From assembly GCA_964016885.1 (NCBI GenBank), contig OZ024740.1, positions 51,398,001 through 51,462,000 of the forward strand: DNA of 64,000 nucleotides, in the 5' to 3' direction. Shown here piece after piece: positions 35,701 through 48,420 of the stretch. Origin of the DNA: Eledone cirrhosa. Taxonomy: Eukaryota. Below the pieces are notes generated by a model. It was not told where the DNA came from and made no database searches. It saw nothing but the letters and a program-made list of their open reading frames with translations. The position numbers and the translations under genes are program-made. The number at the start of each line of letters is the position of its first letter. Within the stretch, counting starts at the first letter, position 1.

Positions 35701-38700
35701 AGCCATGTATAAAGAAACAGTCAGCAAGGTTAGAATTAACAACGAATATAGTGAAGAGTTTAGTGTAAAAGTTGGTGTTCATCAGGGCTCTGTTCTTAGC
35801 CCCCTACTATTTATTATTGCCCTCCAGGCTATAACAGTGGAGTTCAAGACCGGCTGCCCATGGGAACTCCTATACGCAGATGATCTAACGCTCATAGCTG
35901 AAACAATGGCCGAGCTAGAGAAGAAATTCCAAACATGGAAGCACGGCCTAGAATCAAAAGGCCTTAAAATTAACCTGGCTAAGACTAAAGTTCTAGTTTG
36001 TAAGAAAGAAAATAAGGCGGCGGTCCCCTCCGGGAAGTGGCCATGCTCAGAGTGTAGGAAAGGCGTAGGTAGAAACTCCATTTTGTGTCCCAAATGCAAA
36101 GTTTGGGTGCATAAAAGATGTAGTGGGATCACAGGTAAGCTAACTAAGAAGATAGATTTTACATGTGGCCGGTGTTCTGGGGCAATAAGTAGCAGCAAGT
36201 GCCCAAAAAATACTAGCTCTTTCAACTGCGCAGAGGGTTCTATAGAAATAGTGGACAGCTTCCGTTACCTGGGTGACAAAATCAGCAGTGGGGGAGGGTG
36301 CTCTGAAAGTACAGTAGCTAGAGTCAGAACTGGGTGGAAAAAGTTCAGAGAGCTCATACCACTATTAGCCGCTAAAGGGTTCTCCCTAAGAATGAAAGGC
36401 AGGTTGTACGATGCCTGCATACGAACAGCAATGTTGCACGGCAGTGAGACCTGGGCATTGTGTGCAGAGGATATACGCAGACTAGACAGAAACGAAGCTT
36501 GCATGCTCCGCTGGATGTGTAATAGTAATATACGTGAACGGCAAAGCATAAACGAACTAAGGAAAAAATTAGAAATAAGAGGGATCAGATGTTGTTTACT
36601 CGAGAGAAGGCTACGTTGGTTATGGTCACGTGATGCGCATGAAGGACGATAGCTGTATAACAAAGTGCAGGGCAATAAAGATAGACGGTAGCCACGGAAT
36701 AGGCAGACCCAGAAAAACCTGGGACGAGCTGATAAATTCCGACCTCACCAAGACAATGTCACTGGACTGAGACCTTTGGCGGTACTCAGTAATAGAGAAG
36801 ACCCGCCTTACCTAAATACAAAGTAAAACCTACTACAGTCAGTAGGCATCTCTAACAAAATACACCTCCGTCCCACCACCCCCACCCCATCCACACCGCC
36901 CCCCTTTCAATGTAAAGTTATGTTGGTGCCACAACATCCAGGCCGAAACAAATGAGATCGTGTAGGTGTCACGACAAAAAAACACACAGTCCACGCTGTA
37001 ATGTGGCCGTGTAGGCAACACGGTAAAAACCTCCCAGCCCCACACTGTAAATGTGGTTGGTGTTAGGAAGGGCATCCAGCTGTAGAAAACCCGCCAGATA
37101 GTCCTATGCGAGCAAGATAACCACTCTTGCCTCAAGTGGGAAAACCCTCCGTCCAAACCCATGCAAGCATGGAACACGGACGTTAAACGATGATGATGAT
37201 GATGATGATGATATAAAAACTGAACTGGACTGGGAAAAGTCAACAGTTGACATGATTTTGATTTTGTATCAGTACTGCCGGTAATATATATATATGTGTG
37301 TTTGTGAGTGGTGTGTGTGTTTGTATGCATGAATGAGTGTTGGTATGTGAGTGGCGTGTGTGTATTTGTGGTTTGTATGCATGAGTGTTGGTGTGTGAGT
37401 GTGTGTGTGCGCGTCGTGTCAATAAGCTTTTTTTTTTTTTTAAATGGAGGGGTAAAGAGGGCCCTTGAGTCTAGTAAGACATCCTCTCTAGTGCTGGTGG
37501 CACAAATAAAAGCACCCAGTCCATGCTGTAAAGTGGCGCTGGTGTTAGGAAGGGCATCCAACCAGTGTATCAATGCCAAAACGCTTATCAGCACAGCAAC
37601 AAATAGGAACAACAACAAAATATGAAGACGTCGCATCTCAGAGTTGCAACACTTAATGTTGGCACTCTCAGAGGTAGATCTGCTGAAATAGCGGAGATGC
37701 TGGAGAGAAGGCAGGTGGATGTGTGCTGCGTGCAAGAGGTGAGATGGAGAGGTGCCTCTGCGAGACTAGTCGTAAGCAAACGTCTTAGCTATAAGCTATT
37801 CTGGGTAGGTAAGGATGATGGGTTAGGGGGAGTAGGCATTTTCCTGGCTGAGAAATGGATCAATAAGACAATAGAGGTAGTTCGAGTTAGTAATCAAATA
37901 ATTAAGCTTAGATTAGTTGTAGGCAGAAGACTACTGACAATCATCTCGGCCTATGCTCCCCAAGCAGGCCTAGGCAAAGATGAGAAAGACTGCTTTTACG
38001 AGCAACTTTTACAAACAACCGCAATGACAGAGGACGGAGACATCGTTATGCTAGCAGGAGACTTCAATGGTCATGTTGGACAGCTCCAGGATGGTTACAC
38101 TGGGGTACATGGTGGGCACGGTTACGGCTCAAGAAATGAAGAAGGAGTGAGACTTCTTGAATTTTGTGATGCAGGTACATTGACTATTTGCAACACAAAC
38201 TTCCAGAAACCTGCCAATCACCTAATAACCTACAAATCTGGTGAGCACATAAGCCAGATTGACTTCTTACAAGTTAGGCAGCGGGACAGGCAGATAGTGT
38301 CTAATATCAAGGCATACCCTGGGGAAGAATGTACCCCACAGCATAGATTAGTCGTTAGTGATATCTCAGTAAGTAAGAGATGGAATGAGACATGTAGGAA
38401 GGTGTGGAGAAGAAAGGTCTGGAAGATAAAAGACCTTTCACTAAAATACAAATTTAGGAAAGCCCTTCAAGATATATGACGAAAAAGAAGACGATTTAGA
38501 GACGTATGACATAGATAATAACTGGAATTTCTTACGTGACAACTTGCTGCAGGCTACTGATGAAACTTGTGGCTGGAGCAGAGCTCCAACCAGACAGAGA
38601 GCGACCTGGTGGTGGAACAGTACAGTAGATAAGGCCATTAGAGACTAGCATGGAAGGCTTGGAAAAAGGGTGGGAGTAGGGAAGAATATACAGCCACTAA

Positions 38701-41504
38701 GAGAGAAGCTAGACGTCAGGTGTACTTAGCACGCAGGGAGGCGGAGAGTAGGAGGTTTGCCAATGTTCTGCAATGGGAAGATCAGAGGCGTGCAGTGTTC
38801 CACATTGCAAGGCAGTGTGTCAATGCAAATCAGGATGTTATTGGAGATAAATGTGTCCGGGATGATGCCGGTGTACTTAGTGTCACGAATGATCAGAAAA
38901 AGGAGGCCTGGAAATGTCATTATGAGAGACTGATGAATGTGGAGAACGAATGGGAGAGAGAGAAATTACCCTTAGTAGATCCGACAGAGGGACCAGCTAT
39001 TGAGATTGACGAATATAGGGTCCAAGAGGCGATTAGGGAAATGAAAAATGGAAAGGCTGCTGGACCATCGGGAATAGTTGCTGAGATGCTGAAGGCATCA
39101 GGGGACGTAGGCACTAAACTGGTTGCACGCATCATCAATCAGGCTATATATGGTGGTGTCATACCCAAAGACTGGTGCAGCAGTATTCTCATAAATTGCT
39201 ACAAAGGTAAAGGGGATGCTCTGGAGAGGAGCAATTATAGGGGTATAAAACTGATAGATCAGGTTATGAAAGTGGCAGAAAGGATATTAGCACAACTAAT
39301 TAGAGAAAGGGTCAAACTAGATGAGATGCAGTTTGGTTTTGTGCCTGGGAAGAGTACAACAGATGCCCTCTTCTTGGTGAGAATATTGCAAGAGAGGTTC
39401 TTAGAGAAAAATAAGCCACTATACTTAGCCTTTGTTAATCTAGAGAAGGCCTTTGATAGGGTACCCCGATCTGTCATCTGGTGGTCCCTAAGGAAGCTAG
39501 GTGTTGAGGAATGGCTTGTGAGGACGGTGCAAACTTTGTACAGAGGTACTCTCAGTAAAGTCAGGGTAGGAATGGAGTTTAGTGAGGAATTCCAAATACA
39601 AGTAGGAGTACATCAGGGTTCGGTCCTCAGCCCGCTCTTGTTCATTATAGTCCTCCAAGCCATAACAGAGGAGTTTAAGACTGGCTGTCCATGGGAACTT
39701 CTCTATGCTGATGATCTGGTTCTTATAGCAGAATCAGTAGAGGAGCTAGAGAATAAATTCTGGCTATGGAAACAGCAGTTGGAAGCAAGAGGACTGAGAG
39801 TGAACCTAGCTAAGACAAAAGTGTTGATGAGTAGAAAAGAGGACAAAACCCTGATTCCGTCAAGGAAATGGCCATGTTCGATATGCAGAAAAGGAACTGG
39901 CATAAATTCTATAAAATGCACACAATGAAAATCCTGGGTACACAAGAGATGTAGCGGGATAGCAGGCAAACGAACAGGTAGGGAGAAATACGTATGCAGT
40001 AGATGTACAGGGAAATTAGACAGTAGAAGTCGCATTGATAGACACATTTTTCAAATGCAGGCGGGTGCTATAGAAGTGGTGGATAGCTTCCGGTACCTAG
40101 GAGATCAGATTAGCATGGGAGGAGGGTGTTCCGAGGCCATAGTATCTAGAATAAGGACGGGTTGGAAGAAGTTTAGGGAGCTGCTTCTTCTGTTGACGAA
40201 GAAGGGTTTCTCCCTGCGTACGAAAGTCCGGTTGTATGATGCCTGTGTGAGGAGCACAATGCTGCATGGTAGTGAGACATGGGCAGCAACTGCAGAGGAT
40301 ATGCGACGGCTGGAGAGAAATGAGGCAAGCATGCTCCGTTGGATGTGCAGTGTAAATGTGCGTGAACGACCCAGCATAAATGTGTTGAGAGAGAAACTGT
40401 GTCTGAGAGGGATAGAATGTAGTGTACGGGAGAGGAGACTGAGGTGGTATGGACATGTGATGCGCATGGAGGATGACCGATGGGTGAAGAAGTGCCAGGA
40501 AATGCCAGTTGAAGGAAGACGTGGTCGAGGTAGACCACGAAAAACATGGGCGCAGGTGGTGAGAACAGACCTCAGATCATTGAAGCTCACGGTGGAGATG
40601 ACGAAGGACCGTGACAAGTGGAGAGATGCTGTGCTGAATAAGACCCGTCCCACCCTTGCAAGCAGGGAAAAGCGGACATAAAATGATGATGATGATGATG
40701 ATGATAAAAAGATGGTTATGTATTGAAAAGTATTAGGTTTTCTTCTTTTGTCTATTTGCTTTATGCATGTGTATGTGGATGTGTGTAATTTCCCTTGATT
40801 AGAGAGAAAGTTAATTTTTGTAGTGCAGAGAAATAGAATCAGATAAATCACCTCTGCTATATTTCTTATTTTATTAATTCTGAAAGAAGGAAAGATCAAA
40901 TCTACTGCTGCATCCAGTTGTATGACTAAAAATATTACATTTTGTGAACTAAATGTTTAAAGTGAATATTCAACTCTCAGAATGTTGAAAGCAATAGGAT
41001 AATAACTACCTTCTTATATGAACAAAAGTTCTTGTTCTGTGAAATGGTTAGACACTTACTCCTGTATATTATTGTACATTAATTTAGTGAATTTCTTATT
41101 ACTAATCTGACAAGTATGCAATATGTTATGCCTTGTTGAGGAAATCTAATAAAACTAAAATATATCTAGAGTTGTACTCATTTGCAAAGATAAGGTTAAA
41201 TTAATATTTGTCATTGAACTAGTATTTTCTTCTTACCACATAAATTTTACTTAATTATATTTGCCCCCTCACTACATTAAATATGATGACCCTTAGATTG
41301 ACTGAAATAGTTTAGAGAAAACAATTGTATAATTATTTGTTAAAATTTAGATTTGTTAATATAACATCAATTACATATGTATTCCATACAGATGGTGATA
41401 TTGGAGCAGCAGCTACTGTTGTAGATGCCTACATGAAGCAGAAACACCGCATGATCTGGGAAAGAAGACAGGAAATACTAGGTACTGGTAAACGATTACG
41501 CTGA
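28538..41504 (+). CDS. NDUFB10: NADH dehydrogenase (ubiquinone) 1 beta subcomplex subunit 10 (PDSW), 4 exons, 163 aa
   Basis: Exons 28538-28634, 31020-31161, 33313-33452 and 41392-41504 join in frame (492 nt): IDKPVTAFRE..YHRRFRRVPTIDQC..C.FEA..QFKRDR.VD..C..EG..KC..KYGDIG..MKQKHRMIWERR. AATAAA at 41572. Confidence 0.95.
29340..29722 (-). mobile_element. tRNA-head SINE with an RTE-type 3' tail
   Basis: TGGCTTAGTGG and GTTCAATAC boxes, GAGCAAGACACTT core and (GAT)n tail; same family as 43508-43812. Confidence 0.85.
29890..30745 (+). mobile_element. CR1-type LINE 3' fragment with a duplicated 3' UTR
   Basis: LY..MVRPHLEF...WNPY..LE.VQRRATK..TRGH..FF..RV...WN.LP; the ~120-bp tail is repeated twice, each copy ending in (ATT)n. 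Confidence 0.9.
31020..31161 (+). CDS. NDUFB10: NDUFB10 exon 2
   Basis: EKIVEPIQSKNKHYFYHRRFRRVPTIDQCEFSDPACMFEADQQFKRDR. Confidence 0.95.
33313..33452 (+). CDS. NDUFB10: NDUFB10 exon 3
   Basis: SVDANILKILRKRRMECIMYEGANAPQKCQKVAEDYEEATTNFFIK. Confidence 0.94.
33929..37212 (+). mobile_element. RTE LINE family A, slightly 5'-truncated and disrupted, in NDUFB10 intron 3
   Basis: APE (AGDLNGHV), RT (YADD) and PHD-like finger; stops at 34235 and 35318; (GAT)n tail. Confidence 0.95.
37445..40705 (+). mobile_element. RTE LINE family B, near full length and disrupted, in NDUFB10 intron 3
   Basis: ORF starts MKTSHLRVATLNVGTL (APE), followed by RT and a C-terminal RGRGRPRKTW; (GAT)n tail. Confidence 0.95.
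41392..41504 (+). CDS. NDUFB10: NDUFB10 exon 4 (terminal)
   Basis: YGDIGAAATVVDAYMKQKHRMIWERRQEILGTGKRLR*. Confidence 0.94.
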
Positions 41505-42569
41505 AAACCTTTAGAAAATGTCAGTAATTTTTAGGCCGGTTTCTATTTTTCCAAATTTGTGAGTATTAGAAAATAAATGAATAACAACAATTTATGATTT
41601 TTGCTTTAATTTATTTTTAGAATCTTTTTAGTAAAGATATTTTAAAGATATCCTTGCTAAATGCATTGTGCTAACTTCCTAATTCAATACATCAAATGGT
41701 GAATTTTCTGATAATTTAATTCAGTTTACCAATCATTCTTTTTCAGAAAAATGAAATGCTTAGGTAACTTAGGTAATTTAGCATTCTTGTGGTAAGATAG
41801 GATATATGGTTAACAAGATCACACCTTATTGTTTTGATGTCTGTTTCTTATAGCAGATACCAATTGAATTGTTTGAGGCAGTCACAAAGTACTCAATGGT
41901 GTGAAAATTTAATACATTTTCATCCAGAGAAAACACAAAAAGTTAAGAAAGTGTGACACCAAGAATAAATTGACCAAATGCATGTGGCCATAACAAATGT
42001 TTCTACTTTTTGGCACAAAGCCAGCAATTATTCCAGTGTATTATTGGTGCTTTATTTTATCGACCTCCGTAAGGATGAAAGGCAAAGTTAACCTTGGTGG
42101 GATTTGAACTCAGACCGTAAAGGGCCTTAACTCTATGCTGCAAAACATGGTGTCTGACCCTGGCCATAGTAATACCTCAACATTGATATATACAAACAGG
42201 TTGAATAGACAAGAATCGATAATAATCTTCAATAGGTTTCTGTGAAATCGGGAAGGTTCATCATGGGTTGGACAATGTATATGCAACTAGTGATAGAACA
42301 GGAATATCCCTTCATTGGCAGATGTTTGTTGAATATACTCCGATGTAGCCCAGTCTATAGGAGGCAGTGGGGCATTCTACTGTAGTAGTAAATTTGCCAG
42401 TGTCATCACATGACTTTTCTCAAAAGAGGAAGGTCAAATTAGCCAAAGTTTTGGCGGGTAAATTCAAGGTGTGAACAAAAGATTTTTTCACAGCCACAAA
42501 GAAACGCTCTCAATTAGCTTTATATACAATCAATTAAATAATCAATTATATGAAACTAGGGGGATAATA

Positions 42570-42750
42570 ATTGTTTCTACTTTTTGGCACAAGGCCAGCA
42601 ATTACCCAGTATATTACTGGTACTTTATTTTATCGATCCCGTAAGGATGAAAGGCAAAGTTAACCTCAACGGGATTTGAACTCAGACCGTAAAGGGGCGT
42701 AACTATGCTAGAAAGCATGGCGGCCAACCCTCTACCGATACTGCCAATTC
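42570..42750 (-). mobile_element. Nin-like SINE (another copy at ~41995-42170)
   Basis: Reverse complement of the 18286 family. Confidence 0.85.
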
Positions 42751-42926
42751 ACCGCCTAGGGGAATAATAATGATAATAAAAATGTGTATAGATCAAAGTT
42801 GTAACTGTAGTACACCAGATAACAATTGAATTGTTTGAGGCAGTCACAAAGCACTCGGTGGTGTGAAAAGTTAATACATTTTCCTCTAGAGTAAACACTA
42901 TATAGTTATATATATATATATAGTTA

Positions 42927-42959
<33 letters not shown>

Positions 42960-43045
42960 GTAATAATAATAAAATTGAAGACTAAAATCCAAAGAGGGCT
43001 CAATAAGGAAAATATATATCAAATATATAAGAACCGTAGAGCAAA

Positions 43046-43180
43046 TATTTATTAAAATAACAGATTAAAGTTTAAGCAAAGAATCGCTGCTTTCACCCTT
43101 AACGGGATCTTCAGAAGATCCTGTTAAGGGTGAAAGCAGCGACTCTTTGCTTAAACTTTAATCTGTTATTTTAATAAATA
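43046..43180. repeat. Near-perfect 135-bp palindrome
   Basis: 67-bp arms with 2 mismatches and a 1-nt centre at 43113. Confidence 0.92.
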
Positions 43181-43332
43181 AAAATATATATATATATATA
43201 TAGAAATAAATATGGTTTAATAAATATAATTTCCATTTATTTAATACCGTAAATATACTCCAAATACTTGTTGAGTGCTTTTATATCAGTTATAAATATT
43301 TACTCGTAACCCAACAACTTAAATATAACTTT

Positions 43333-43812
<480 letters not shown>

Positions 43813-44729
43813 TATGTAAATTTATAAGTGGGAAAGCAAACAAGATAAAAAGTTACCTAATTTATTTCAAGATCCCCGAATCCATTTTTGCTGTGTAAGA
43901 AGCAGCTTGGCTATTCCAATAATTTAGGATATCCTTCACTGTGAGAATTCACAGCTAATCAGGGGACTTCTCAATCCAAGAAAAAGATTTTTCAAGTGAT
44001 AATTTTAAATGGGAAAAGCAAATAAGATTAAAAAAAAGTTACCTTATTTACTCTGAGGTCCTGAATGTAGTTTCGCTATGTGTATATATATATATATATG
44101 TCCCACCCTTGCAAGCAGGAAAAAGCAGATGTAAAATGATGATAATGATATCATCATCACCATTTTACGCCCACTTTTCCATGCTAGCATGGGTAGACAA
44201 GTTGTCCTGTTGTGGGCAATGTCAGGTCAGGTGACTGTCTTGCTCATACAGAACTGATTTTGGCTTGATTTCTACAGCTGGATGCCCTTTCTAATGCCAA
44301 CCTCATATATATATATGTTTGGTGGGAAAATATATGGTCACATTTTGGTAGAATTATATTGCCTTTTCAAGTGTGTATTATTGATACCAGTTTTTGTATT
44401 TCTTTTTTTTACTGACAATAATGTCAAAGTTATTTGATATAAATCTATGACCTATTCTCTAATAATAGGGTGATATGGTGAAATGATAAGGTAGATAGAA
44501 AACCAAAAGACAAGACTGAGGTAAAGGGGAATGCAGGGAGCAATACCAAATAGCTAGAAGGGGCCAAGCACCAGGTTTAACTAGCAAGGGCAGAGGCAGA
44601 AAAGAAGTTTGCACATGTTCTGCGTCATGGAGAATAAATGGGACAGCAAGGGCCAACCTCATGCAGACCCCCGACTGAGGGACTAGCTATAAAAGTTGAC
44701 AGCAGTGTAGTAGATAAAGATATGAAACT

Positions 44730-45620
44730 AAGCAGCTGAACCATCTCGTGTAGTTGCTGAGATGCTAAAAGCATATGTATGGCATGGAAGGATATGTACT
44801 AGTCAGACACATAGTTAATCAAGTAGTACAGGAAGGGGTCAAACTCAATGACTGGTGCAGAAGTATCATTGTAAATTGCTACAAGGACAAAGAAGATGCA
44901 CTAGAGACAAGTAACTACAGAGGAATCAAGTTGATGGACTAAGTCATGAAAGTTGCTGAAAGGTTGAAACACAACTAATTAGAGACAGATCAAGTTAAAT
45001 GAGATGCAGTTTGGATTTCTACCAGACAGGGATACTACTGATGCCCTCTTTCTGGTGAAACAACTGCTGGAAAGGTAGGCAGGATCACATGCTCTGTAAT
45101 TTTGTAGTTACTTAGGAAGCTAGTTGCCGATGAATGGCTAGTGAAGGCCATGCAGACCATGTATTCAGGATAGAGAGTTGGCAATAAGTACAGTGATGAA
45201 TTTGAAGTGCAGTGGGTATCCACTAGGGCTTAATCCTCAGTCTGCTCATGTTCATCTTTGTCCTTTGGGCCATCACCAAGGAGTTTAAAACTGGCACTCC
45301 ATGAAAGTTCTTATATGCTAATGACCTAGTCCTCATAACTGAATCCATAGGAAAGAGAGTTGGGACAACATTTTGAGCATGAAAGAAGAACCTAGAGTTG
45401 AAAGGCCTAAAAGTAAACTTAGCAAAGGTGAAAGTGTTAATAAGTAGGAAAGAGGATTGGGAAGTGGTCTTGTTCAATATGTCAGAAAGGGGTGGGCAGA
45501 AATTCTATAAGGTGCACACAATGTAATCAATGGATGCACAAGTGATGTAGTAGGATACAGACTTTGCATGTGGAAAAAGCACTGGAGAAATGGCCCTCTT
45601 CTAGATGGGGGCTGACAACC
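44730..45620 (+). mobile_element. Old degenerate RTE RT fragment
   Basis: Eroded match to the RTE-A/B RT (NYRGIKL, EMQFGF, LYA.DL). Confidence 0.8.
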
Positions 45621-45729
45621 TGCAATGTTTGATAATAATAATAATAATAATGAAATTATTGTATACAGTGCTCAGGTGCACTACAACTCGTCAAAGGTGC
45701 ATGTGTAGTACATAAAATAATATACAAAT

Positions 45730-48420
45730 GATCTTGGGACTTGTTAAAGGTAATTGTGCAACTGACTCTCATTGGGAATTACAATAATTTGAAATGAAAG
45801 GGGACAACTGTTGGTTTTAGCGGTATTCATCATCATCATCATCATCAACGTTTAACGTCCGTGTTCCACGCTTGCATGGGTTTGGACGGGGGTAGTCCCA
45901 CTTGAGGCAAGAGTGATTGTCTTGCTCGCATAGGACTGTCTGGCAGGTTTTCTACAGTTGGATGCCCTTCCTAACACCAACCACATTTACAGTGTGGGTC
46001 TGGGAGGTTTTTACCGTGTTGCCTACACGGCCACATTACAGCGTGGACTGTGTGTTTTTTTGTCGTGACACCTACACGATCTCATTTGTTTCGGCCTGGA
46101 TGGCGCGGCACCAACATAACTTTACATAGAACGGGGTGGTGTGGATGGGGTGGGGGTGGTGGCGGGACGGGGTGTATTTTGTTAGAGATGCCTACTGGCA
46201 AGGCGGGTCTTCTCTGTTACTGAGTACCGCCAAAGGTCTCGGTCCAGTGACATTGTCTTGGAGAGGTGTAAGTGTGTGAGATCGGAGTTTATCAGCTCAT
46301 CCCAGGTTTTTCTAGGTCTGCCTATTCCGTGGCTACCGTCTATCTTTATTGCCCTGCACTTTGTTATACAGCTATCGACTTTCATGCGCATCACGTGTCC
46401 ATACCAACGCAGCCTTCTCTCGAGTAAACAACATCTGATCCCTCTTATCTCTAATTTTTTCCTTAGTTCGTTTATGCTTTGCCGTTCACGTATATTACTG
46501 TTACACATCCAGCGGAGCATGCAAGCTTCGTTCCTCTCTAGTCTGCGTATATCCTCTGCACACAATGCCCAGGTCTCACTACCATGCAACATTGCTGTTC
46601 GTATGCAGGCATCGTACAACCTGCCTTTCATTTTTAGGGAGAACCCTTTAGCAGCTAATAGTGGTATAAGCTCTCTGAACTTTTTCCAACCAGTTCTGAC
46701 TCTAGCTACAGTACTCTCAGAGCACCCTCCCCCACTGCTGATTTTATCGCCCAGGTAACGGAAGCTGTCCACTATTTCTATAGAACCCTCTGCGCAATTG
46801 AAAGAGCTAGTATTTTTTGGGCACTTGCTGCTACTTATTGCACCAGAACACCGGCCACATGTAAAATCTATGTTCTTAGTTAGCTTACCTGTGATCCCAC
46901 TACATCTTTTATGCACCCATACTTTGCATTTAGGACATAAAATGGAGTTTCTACCTACGCCTTTCCTACACACCGAGCACGGCCATTTCCCAGAAGGGAC
47001 CGCCGCCTTGTTTTCTTTCCTACAAACTAGAACTTTGGTCTTAGCCAGGTTAATTTTAAGTCCTTTTGACTCTAGGCCGTGCTTCCATGTTTGGAATTTC
47101 TTCTCTAGCTCGGCCATTGATTCCGCTATGAGTGTCAGGTCGTCTGCGTATAGGAGTTCCCATGGGCAGCCTGTCTTGAACTCCTCTGTTATAGCCTGAA
47201 GGGCAATAATAAATAGTAGGGGGCTGAGAACAGAGCCCTGATGGACGCCAACTTTTACGCTAAACTCTTCACTATATTCGTTGTTAATTCTAACCTTGCT
47301 GACTGTTTCTTTATACATGGCTTGTATAGCCCTCACAAGCCATTCGTCAGCACCTAGTTTTCTAAGAGCCCACCAGATAATGGAGCGGGGGACTCTGTCG
47401 AAGGCTTTCTCCAAGTCGACAAAAGCTAAGTAGAGGGGTTTACCTTTAGCTAGGTACTTCTCCTGTAGTTGTCGTACTATGAAAAGAGCGTCTGTGGTGC
47501 TTTTGCCTGACACAAACCCGAACTGCATTTCATCTAGGTCAATTCTCTCTCTGATTAGTTGCGCTATTACTTTTTCCGTGACCTTCATGACCTGGTCGAT
47601 TAATTTAATGCCTCTATAGTTACTCCTATCTAGGGCGTCTCCTTTACCCTTATAACAGTTAACGATGATGCTGCTATGCCAGTCCTTCGGAACAACCCCA
47701 TTCTGTACGACTTTGTTAACTATGCGGGTGACCATGGTGTGTCCCACCGTGCCAGATGCCTTCAGCATCTCAGCAACTATTTCCGAAGGCCCAACCGCCT
47801 TACCCGTCTTCATATCCTTGATTGCCTTACTTATTATATTCCCCTCGACTAACACTGCTGGTCCCTCTATTGGGTCGATATGGGGTATAAATTCTAGGTA
47901 TAAATGCGATGTCTCCCTTACCACATCCAGGGAGGATTTTAGCTTTGATAATGTGAAGCTGTAATTCAGTCACAATCACATGCATACCATTGCACAATAT
48001 TGGCTGATCTAGGTTTCTGAGAAGCATGATCACTATACTCTTTATCAATTCAAGGTTGTGTAGCAGCATAGTGTATGGTTCCAGACAGTCAAGAAATTCA
48101 ATGGGATAATGAACAGCTGCATCCTCATCAACAACTTTGTCAATAGATTTATAGGACTGGCTACCTCCAGGGATTATTTGTGAGAGATTTTTGTTGATGG
48201 TATTCACTGTGATGTTTTTGGAGGCAAGAATTGCTTTTAAACACAGCCACTCTCCATCGGAATGGTGGCTTTGAAAATTGGGGAACACTTAATTAATTAA
48301 GTTTTCAGTGCTTTTCACAACAGGACAAAATGATGAAGGATCAAAACATCCTTCAGTATGAAGAGATATTTTGCCTTCACCAAGTTTCAGAAGCTTTCGA
48401 TCATCCAAGTGGATTCAATT
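45730..48420 (-). mobile_element. Helitron PIF1-like helicase fragment split by the RTE-A insertion
   Basis: IMLLRNLD...LCNG...IAFIPRI (47890-48290) continues after the RTE tail as PLKPT.VPF.FK...FP.R...TFNKSQ (45826-45730). Confidence 0.8.
45827..47888 (-). mobile_element. RTE LINE family A, 5'-truncated, with an uninterrupted RT-PHD-C-terminal frame
   Basis: The ORF down to 46182 is stop-free and highly similar to 35140-36810; same 3' UTR and (GAT)n tail. Confidence 0.95.

Noticed and set aside
36839-37735. 298-aa minus-strand ORF
   Set aside because: Antisense to RTE UTRs and microsatellites; low complexity.
38630-39930. Rescue of the RTE-B stops by A-to-I editing
   Set aside because: Editing would give Trp rather than the required Cys, and cannot repair the frameshift.
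46182-47924. 580-aa ORF as a Helitron-RTE fusion gene
   Set aside because: The start is a non-ATG codon in out-of-frame Helitron sequence; this is a chance junction of a truncated insertion.
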